DNA of 64,000 nt from NCBI GenBank assembly GCA_964345975.1, contig CAYFSS010000003.1, forward strand, positions 25,392 through 89,391, given 5' to 3'. A program made the position numbers and the translations under genes. Each line of letters opens with the position of its first letter. The stretch's first letter is position 1. The notes under the pieces are model-generated. The model did no database searches. It worked only from the letters and a program-made list of their open reading frames with translations, and had not been told where the DNA came from. This document shows, in pieces, positions 57,997 to 64,000 of the stretch. The DNA is from an uncultured Oscillospiraceae bacterium (GTDB lineage Bacteria; Bacillota; Clostridia; Saccharofermentanales; Fastidiosipilaceae).

Positions 57997-58866
57997 ATGT
58001 CCGCATCATGGTTTCCGGGTCATATGGCCAAGGGTCTCCGCCAAATGGAAGAGTACATGCCATATGTCGATGTCCTCATCGAGACGGTGGATGCAAGAAT
58101 TCCTGCGAGCGGTAGAAGTTCCGAGTTAGCCTCCTTTCAAGAGCGTAGACCTAGCATGATTGTCTTAAATAAGCGAGATCTTGCAGATCCGGTGTTGCTG
58201 GATCGTTGGTTGGATGTTTACAACAAGGCGGGTCTTCCCGGCATCGCTGTCGATGCACAAAATCGTAGGGACATAGAACGGATGGAGGATTTGGCTTTTG
58301 AGCTGGGACAAGAGAAGCTCGATAAGGCTGAAGCTAAGGGACGAGAGGGGCGACCCTTGAGAGTTCTCGTGCTGGGTGTGCCCAACTCAGGCAAGTCAAC
58401 CTTGATCAACAGGATGAGTGGCAGAAAAGCCAGACCTGCCGAGAATCGTGCCGGAGTAACTCGGGCCGTATTTTGGGTGCGAAGCCCTCACAAGGGGATC
58501 GAGCTCCTGGATAGTCCGGGTGTCCTATGGCCGGATGCCAACAACCCGGACGTATTGAGGAAGCTTGCAGCTTGTTCAGCTTTGCCGGATAACGTTATTG
58601 ATCGAGAAACGGTGGCTTACCAAACGTTTCTTATGATGGCCGAACATTATCCTGAAGTATTGGAAGAAACGTACGGTCTCGAAGGTCCATGGACCCTGGA
58701 TCCGAGTCTCGATTATCCTCTTTACGAACAAGGGGCTCTGGCACGCGGTTGTGTCATGAGCGGAGGCCGACCTAATTTAAGTCGATTTGCAGACCTGTTC
58801 ATGAGGGACTTAAGAACAGGCAAATTAGGTGGCGTCTGCTGGGATAGAGAGCCTCATTCCCTATGA
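57997..58866 (+). CDS. rbgA: Ribosome biogenesis GTPase A (YlqF/RbgA)
   Basis: N-terminus WFPGHMAKG. Circularly permuted G motifs, with NKRDL before GVPNSGKSTLIN. Confidence 0.93.
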   Translation: MSASWFPGHMAKGLRQMEEYMPYVDVLIETVDARIPASGRSSELASFQERRPSMIVLNKRDLADPVLLDRWLDVYNKAGLPGIAVDAQNRRDIERMEDLAFELGQEKLDKAEAKGREGRPLRVLVLGVPNSGKSTLINRMSGRKARPAENRAGVTRAVFWVRSPHKGIELLDSPGVLWPDANNPDVLRKLAACSALPDNVIDRETVAYQTFLMMAEHYPEVLEETYGLEGPWTLDPSLDYPLYEQGALARGCVMSGGRPNLSRFADLFMRDLRTGKLGGVCWDREPHSL

Positions 58867-59483
58867 GTTTGTTAACGCTCTATCCTGAGACAAGTTTATT
58901 TGAACGTACGCTTCATGATTTGGGTTTCATGCATGTAGCGGGGATGGATGAGGTCGGTAGGGGACCGCTTGCAGGTCCTGTCTATGCTTGTGCATTGATC
59001 TTGCCATCCGGTGAACTACCACAGGGAATTAAGGATTCGAAACGGATCAGTGAGAAGAAACGCGAGAAAATCGCGCAAGAGCTGATGCTCATTTCATGCT
59101 ATGGCATAGGTGTCGCGGATGCTGAGACCATAGACCGGATTAATATTTTAGAGGCGACCAAACTGGCGATGAGACGAGCCTTGGAAGCCCTTGACGGCGA
59201 AGCCGATTATGTGTTGATTGATGCCTTGGAGCTGCCTGACCTGATGCTTCCGCAACGCTCGGTCGTGAGGGGAGATCAACTGTCAGTCAGCATAGCAGCT
59301 GCATCCATTGTCGCAAAATATGCGAGAGATGAATTGATGAGAGGGTACGACGAGCAGTATCCAGGTTACGGTTTTGCCCAGAATAAAGGTTATGGCACTC
59401 AGGCTCACCGCGAAGCGATCCTGTCCATGGGTCCTACACCGATTCATCGTCGTTCATTCTTATCCAGGATCTTGGAGGTGTAA
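58863..59483 (+). CDS. rnhB: Ribonuclease HII
   Basis: Motif AGMDEVGRGPLAGPV and the conserved DSK and IAAASI.AK segments. Confidence 0.93.
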   Translation: MSLLTLYPETSLFERTLHDLGFMHVAGMDEVGRGPLAGPVYACALILPSGELPQGIKDSKRISEKKREKIAQELMLISCYGIGVADAETIDRINILEATKLAMRRALEALDGEADYVLIDALELPDLMLPQRSVVRGDQLSVSIAAASIVAKYARDELMRGYDEQYPGYGFAQNKGYGTQAHREAILSMGPTPIHRRSFLSRILEV

Positions 59484-59486
59484 TGC

Positions 59487-59921
59487 GTGCTTAGTGATTC
59501 CTTGCTTGAACCCATGTTTGAATCAGACCGGGAATTCATAGAGCCGGCATCGCAGTGGAAAATGCCGGATCATTCGGAACTTGGTTCTCAAGCGGAACGA
59601 TTCATCCTTAACTTGCTAATGGACATGTCCTTCGAATTCGTTGCGATAAATCATCGTGAGCGCCCCTTTGGTGAAGTCGATCTTATCGTGAAGAAGAATG
59701 CCATGCATTACTTCATTGAAGTAAAGGCTAGACGATCTTCATTGAGCGAGGAACTCCTTGAAGGAATCGTTCATCCAAGGCAATATGTGCGTCTTTTTCA
59801 TGCTGCAGAACTCTATAGCGCTAGGAATGATGTTTCCGTTCAAATTTGTTTAGCCCTTTTATCAATACAAGACGAGGGTATGAAGACTCGCTTATCTTTG
59901 CGGTTCTTACCTCTTTCGTGA
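59487..59921 (+). CDS. yraN: YraN-family (UPF0102) endonuclease-like protein
   Basis: Motif GEVDLIV...YFIEVKARR at the conserved position after rnhB. GTG start after GGAGGTG. Confidence 0.8.
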   Translation: MLSDSLLEPMFESDREFIEPASQWKMPDHSELGSQAERFILNLLMDMSFEFVAINHRERPFGEVDLIVKKNAMHYFIEVKARRSSLSEELLEGIVHPRQYVRLFHAAELYSARNDVSVQICLALLSIQDEGMKTRLSLRFLPLS

Positions 59922-59959
59922 AGTATACTAAGGAATAATATTGATCTTGAGGTGATGAT

Positions 59960-61252
59960 ATGAAAACAGCTTATCCGAAGATGACGATGAACGAGCGACA
60001 GGCTGAATACGCCCGGTTGAAGGAAGCTTATCAAGGCTATGTTGACCGAAAACTTAATCTCAATATGGCTCGCGGTAAGCCTTCGCCGGAACAGCTGGAT
60101 GAGACCAGCAAATTGATCGAGACTCTGCGATCGGATGATTATAAGAGTCGCGATGGTCGCGATTTAAGAAACTATAGTGGTTTAGAGAGTATCCCGGAGA
60201 TCAATGACGTTTTCGCCGAGCTATTACATGTCGACCCAAAGGAGGTCATCGTTTATAGCAATAGCAGTTTGGGTTTGATGTACAGTGTCTTTTTATCGGC
60301 CTGCCTTTTTGCACTGCCCGGTGCAGATGAGGGGTGGTACAAGGCCTGTGGCGGAGCTGAAAATGTCAAGGTATTGTGTCCTAGTCCGGGCTACGATAGA
60401 CACTTTGCAATCTCTGAAAAATTAGGCTGCGACCTTATTGCGACGACAATGACTCCTGGTGGTCCGGATATGGATGAGATCGAAGCATTATGCCAAGATC
60501 CAAATGTCAAAGCACTTTGGCTTGTCCCGATCTATGCTAATCCGACAGGGTCAGTCTGCGCACCCGAAGTTTATGAGCGCTTAGCCAAGATGAAGGCGGC
60601 CCCTGATTTCCGTATCTTTATCGATCATGCTTACGGTGTACATCATCTCACGGATTGGGAGCCGGAGATCCCTGAACTCCTGAAGATGGCCGATGAGGCA
60701 GGAAATCCCAATCGCTTCATTCTCTTTGCATCGACCTCAAAGATTAGTTTTGCTTCCGCCGGAATCGCCGGCTTAGCGGCATCCAAAGCGGACTATCAAT
60801 GGTTCATCGATCAGTTGACGATTCAATCCATAGGAGCTGACAAGATCCAGCAGTTACGTCACGTGCGCTTCTTTGAAGCCATGGGCGGAATTAAGGCAAT
60901 TATGGCAAAGCACCGTGCTATTCTAGCGCCTAAGTTTGAAGCCGTTCTTTCGGAACTTGAAGCACAATTATCCGGTTTAGGTATTGCTGAATGGAGTGAG
61001 CCTAAAGGAGGATATTTCGTCAGTGTTGATCTTTATGATGGCTGTGCATCCAGAGCATGGCAGCTATGTAAGGAAGCCGGCGTAACCTTGACCGGTTCCG
61101 GTGCGACGTATCCCTATGGCAAAGATCCTCACGATTCGAACATTCGCTTGGCTCCAAGTTTCCCACCGCTTGAAGAACTTGAAACTGCGATTGAAGTTTT
61201 CTGTGTTGCTTCAAGGATGGCGGCACTTGAGAAAATAGGTGTCGAATCTTGA
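59960..61252 (+). CDS. Class I/II PLP-dependent aminotransferase, specificity unknown
   Basis: 430 aa. N-terminal LNLNMARGKPSPEQLD and PLP-lysine context FASTSKISFASAGIAG. RBS GAGGTG. Confidence 0.75.
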   Translation: MKTAYPKMTMNERQAEYARLKEAYQGYVDRKLNLNMARGKPSPEQLDETSKLIETLRSDDYKSRDGRDLRNYSGLESIPEINDVFAELLHVDPKEVIVYSNSSLGLMYSVFLSACLFALPGADEGWYKACGGAENVKVLCPSPGYDRHFAISEKLGCDLIATTMTPGGPDMDEIEALCQDPNVKALWLVPIYANPTGSVCAPEVYERLAKMKAAPDFRIFIDHAYGVHHLTDWEPEIPELLKMADEAGNPNRFILFASTSKISFASAGIAGLAASKADYQWFIDQLTIQSIGADKIQQLRHVRFFEAMGGIKAIMAKHRAILAPKFEAVLSELEAQLSGLGIAEWSEPKGGYFVSVDLYDGCASRAWQLCKEAGVTLTGSGATYPYGKDPHDSNIRLAPSFPPLEELETAIEVFCVASRMAALEKIGVES

Positions 61253-62385
61253 TCTACTTCGATCATGCAGCTTCCTCGCCGGAATTCCCGGAAGTTACCG
61301 AACGAGTTTCAGAACTTGCTCAAACGCTTTATTGGAATCCTGCAGCCAGACATAGCGGTGGGCTGGAAGCACAACAATCCATTCAGGCATCATTGCGAGT
61401 CCTTGCCGATGATTTAGGTTGTAGACCGGAACAACTCGTGGTGACTTCTTCAGCGACGGAATCCATCAATACAGCATTCTTTAACCTCGGGATGGCGAAA
61501 CGAAGACCAAAGGTTCTCTATTCGAAGGTCAATCATGCTGCTGTGCTTCAAGCCGGACGTCGTACGATGCATTGGGGTTTCGAACCCATAGAATTGCCGG
61601 TTGATGTTATGACCCATGGCATTAAGGATTTGTCGGGGTCTCTGTCGGATGACGTGGCTTTTGTATCTCTTCTTGCGGTGAATAATGTCACAGGAGCTAT
61701 TGCTGACCTTAAGGCGCAGGTAAACCTTATACGGCACAGAGCCCCCCAAGCCTTGATCCATGTCGACATGGTGCAGATGTGGCAAAAGAGTCCCATAGAT
61801 TTCAGTTCGCTTGATGTGGACTTTGCCAGTTTCTCAGGGCATAAGATCCGAGCTCCCAAAGGGGTAGGCTTGCTCTATGTAAAGAAGCCGAACACCTTCC
61901 ATCCGCTCCTCGTTGGTGGTGGACAGCAAGCAGGAATGCGTTCCGGTACGGAAAATCCAATCCTTCTTGGCGGAATGGCAGAAGCTATCACATCATGGGG
62001 CAAACGAGGTGATTTCGAAACTAGAAGCTTAGGCTATGAAACTTTAAAGAGTACACTCTTTAGTGAGCTGGATCGCAGGAGCTTAGCTTATGTGAAGCAT
62101 GAAGCTGAGACTTCGTCTCCTGCTATCGTCAACTTTGCGCTCGAAGGAACACGAGGTGAAACCCTCGTAAACTTCTTGGGAACGTATGGGATCTATGTCT
62201 CGAATAGCAGCGCATGCAGTGCCGGCACGAAGGATGGAAGCTATGTGCTCAAGGCTTTAGGCATTCCTCAACACCGGCAGTTAGCGAGTTTGAGAGTTAG
62301 TTTTGATCTTATGAATACGCGCGAAGAAGTTGTGGAATTCGTTTCGGCTCTAGCTGAAGCCATGAAATATTTCAGGTTAGCTTAA
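61249..62385 (+). CDS. Cysteine desulfurase (NifS/NifZ/IscS class V aminotransferase)
   Basis: N-terminus IYFDHAASSP, PLP lysine in SFSGHKIRAPKGVG and active-site loop SSACSAG. TTG start. Confidence 0.88.
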   Translation: MIYFDHAASSPEFPEVTERVSELAQTLYWNPAARHSGGLEAQQSIQASLRVLADDLGCRPEQLVVTSSATESINTAFFNLGMAKRRPKVLYSKVNHAAVLQAGRRTMHWGFEPIELPVDVMTHGIKDLSGSLSDDVAFVSLLAVNNVTGAIADLKAQVNLIRHRAPQALIHVDMVQMWQKSPIDFSSLDVDFASFSGHKIRAPKGVGLLYVKKPNTFHPLLVGGGQQAGMRSGTENPILLGGMAEAITSWGKRGDFETRSLGYETLKSTLFSELDRRSLAYVKHEAETSSPAIVNFALEGTRGETLVNFLGTYGIYVSNSSACSAGTKDGSYVLKALGIPQHRQLASLRVSFDLMNTREEVVEFVSALAEAMKYFRLA

Positions 62386-62440
62386 TGGGTTAATGTTGAC
62401 TCGTTAAGTGTTATCTTGAAACAAAATCAAGGAGGTTGAT

Positions 62441-63739
62441 TTGCTCGATAATGTACAGCCTATGGTGCTGGCACGATACGGTGAGATTAGTCTTAAAGGA
62501 CAAAATCGTCGCGTCTTTGAACAACAGATTATTAAGAACTTAGCGTATCGCTTGAAGGAGATAGGGCATTACAAAGTATATATGCAGATGTCCCGTATCT
62601 GGATAGAGGTTGGCGATGAACTTACAGGTCCTGAGTTGGAACGTGCGATGCGAGCTGCCCTTGACGTAGCAACGACGACGTTTGGTCTCGTCTCAGCTAG
62701 TCCCGTTTATCGATTCCCGGGTGACTTTGAGAAGATTGTCGAAGTGTCCAAGATGGTTGTAGGTGAACGCCTAGCCTCAGCCACAGCCTCCAAGCCTATG
62801 CGTTTTAAGGTTGAAACAAGACGTGGCAACAAACAGTTCCCTATGGATTCACCTGAAATCTCACGGGAGTTGGGTCATGAGCTGCTAGTTCATTTTGGTG
62901 ACAGACTCACCGTCGATGTCCAGCATCCCGACTTTATCCTCTATGTCGAAGTGCGTGAAGAAAATTCAGTCTATGTAGATATCATTCCGGCATACAAAGG
63001 TTTGCCGACCGGAACGGGAGGGAAGGCCCTCATGCTCCTTTCCGGTGGCATCGATTCGCCGGTAGCTCTCTTTCGTTTGGCATCTCGAGGTGTGACCTTC
63101 GAGGCGATCTATTTCCACACCTTTCCTTATACCTCTGATCAAGCGAAGCAGAAAGTCTTGGACCTGGCTTCGATCTTGAGTAAGAGTTGTGGCCGTATTC
63201 TCCTTCACGTCGTAGATTTCACCGATATCCAGTTGGACATCAATCAGGCAGCACCGCCTGAAATGCTGACCATCGTCATGCGACGTTTCATGATGCGGAT
63301 TGCAGAAGCAGTTGCAGAGGAAAGAGACATTCAAGTGCTAGCCACCGGGGAGAGCCTGGGTCAAGTCGCAAGCCAAACGATGCACGGTCTTAGTGAAAGT
63401 TCGGCAGTTGTGGATCGCCCAATCCTGCGTCCTTTGATCGCCATGGATAAGAATGAAACGATCGATCTAGCGCGAAAGATCGGAACCTTTGAAATAAGCA
63501 CGTTGCCCTATGATGACTGCTGCACAGTCTTTGTTGCAAAGCATCCCAAGACACGTCCAACGGCGGAGGATTCCCGTCAAGCTGAATCCGGTTTAGATAT
63601 CGAAGGACTTACGCAACAGGGTTTGGAGCGGATCGAGACTTTTGATGTGCGGCCTGAAGCTCAACATAGTCTCGGAAATTTTCTCTCCCGTCGACGCGCC
63701 CTTGTAAAGGAAGCCGGCGAGGTTGAGAAGATGGAGTAA
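62441..63739 (+). CDS. thiI: tRNA 4-thiouridine synthase / sulfur carrier ThiI (no rhodanese domain)
   Basis: THUMP-type N-terminal half and PP-loop LLSGGIDSPVA. TTG start after AGGAGG. Adjacent to a cysteine desulfurase, like B. subtilis nifZ-thiI. Confidence 0.9.
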   Translation: MLDNVQPMVLARYGEISLKGQNRRVFEQQIIKNLAYRLKEIGHYKVYMQMSRIWIEVGDELTGPELERAMRAALDVATTTFGLVSASPVYRFPGDFEKIVEVSKMVVGERLASATASKPMRFKVETRRGNKQFPMDSPEISRELGHELLVHFGDRLTVDVQHPDFILYVEVREENSVYVDIIPAYKGLPTGTGGKALMLLSGGIDSPVALFRLASRGVTFEAIYFHTFPYTSDQAKQKVLDLASILSKSCGRILLHVVDFTDIQLDINQAAPPEMLTIVMRRFMMRIAEAVAEERDIQVLATGESLGQVASQTMHGLSESSAVVDRPILRPLIAMDKNETIDLARKIGTFEISTLPYDDCCTVFVAKHPKTRPTAEDSRQAESGLDIEGLTQQGLERIETFDVRPEAQHSLGNFLSRRRALVKEAGEVEKME

Positions 63740-63743
63740 GATG

Positions 63744-63784
63744 CATCTGTGGTGAATTATCCGCAGTGAAACATCTGTGGTGAA
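63744..63784 (+). repeat. Direct repeat CATCTGTGGTGAA x2, 28 nt apart, directly after the thiI stop
   Basis: Identical 13-mers at 63744-63756 and 63772-63784. Confidence 0.85.
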
Positions 63785-63786
63785 GC

Positions 63787-63815
63787 ATCTTCGATTGATT
63801 CGAAGATTTGATTTT
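63787..63815 (+). terminator. Candidate terminator after thiI
   Basis: ATCTTCGA-TTGAT-TCGAAGAT forms an 8-bp stem followed by TTGATTTT. Confidence 0.45.
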
Positions 63816-63896
63816 AGTATTCAATAGAGAAGATCTGATCGAACGAGAATCTCATACGAAGATCTTGTTACCGGGTTATTCGGGAAAGGAAGAACC

Positions 63897-64000
63897 ATGC
63901 GATATGAACACTTGAGAGCTCAAGATGCTGATGTCTTTGAGGCTATTAGCAAGGAATCTCAACGTCAGCAAGAACATATTGAGCTCATCGCTTCTGAGAA
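63897..64000 (+). CDS. glyA: Serine hydroxymethyltransferase, N-terminal 34 codons; continues past the window end
   Basis: My own translation gives MRYEHLRAQDADVFEAISKESQRQQEHIELIASE, ending in the SHMT hallmark IELIASE(N). Confidence 0.85.
   Translation, partial: MRYEHLRAQDADVFEAISKESQRQQEHIELIASE

Noticed and set aside
63740-63896. A known riboswitch or leader (ZTP/pfl, T-box, PurBox) upstream of glyA.
   Set aside because: I could not find the conserved ZTP core, a T-box sequence or a properly spaced pair of PurBox half-sites. TCGAAC at about 63839-63844 has no convincing inverted partner.

Overview
The window is a leading-strand, housekeeping-rich stretch of a PolC-containing (Firmicutes-type) chromosome. 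I called 55 protein genes, all but five on the + strand, and one tRNA-Trp. I saw no rRNA, CRISPR array, transposase or integrase. Two blocks match classical Bacillus subtilis synteny almost gene for gene. The first is priA-def-fmt-rsmB-rlmN-PP2C phosphatase-PASTA kinase-rsgA-rpe-thiN (6.2-17.5 kb), preceded by the Clostridia-style rseP-ispG-polC. The second is acpP ... rnc-smc-ftsY-ylxM-ffh-rpsP-khpA-rimM-trmD-rplS-rbgA-rnhB-yraN (44.2-59.9 kb), followed by aminotransferase-cysteine desulfurase-thiI-glyA. Between them lie a mixed-strand metabolic and transport block (17.5-31.2 kb) and a DNA-maintenance and envelope block (31.3-44.0 kb). The first holds an aminotransferase, a class II aldolase, cutC, a large transglutaminase-fold protein, a five-gene Opp-type peptide ABC importer, a thioredoxin-like lipoprotein, a nitroreductase and tRNA-Trp. 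The second holds rnhA, nudF, ftsK, folD, cinA, an N-terminally extended MurJ-like flippase, recA, recX, rimO and pgsA. The most unusual feature is a 3.06-kb, translationally coupled two-gene unit (44535-47594) inserted at the normally invariant acpP|rnc junction. Its first gene encodes an OppC-like membrane domain with a roughly 215-aa polyacidic N-terminal tail. Its second encodes an OppD/F-like nucleotide-binding domain in which Walker A, the signature motif and the H-loop are all degenerate. That domain also carries a charged helical insert of about 175 aa, yet keeps a C-terminal 4-Cys motif that the window's own functional OppD and OppF lack. I propose this pair as a candidate for a repurposed, non-canonical ABC-derived system. 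Other observations are a MurJ extension with a 4 x 24-nt in-frame repeat, a 5 x 14-nt tandem array upstream of ftsY, an OppB with a roughly 245-aa external loop carrying CxxC, acidic tails on KhpA and S16, and several operator-like palindromes. All calls rest on reading the sequence and ORF translations by eye; no database search was run.
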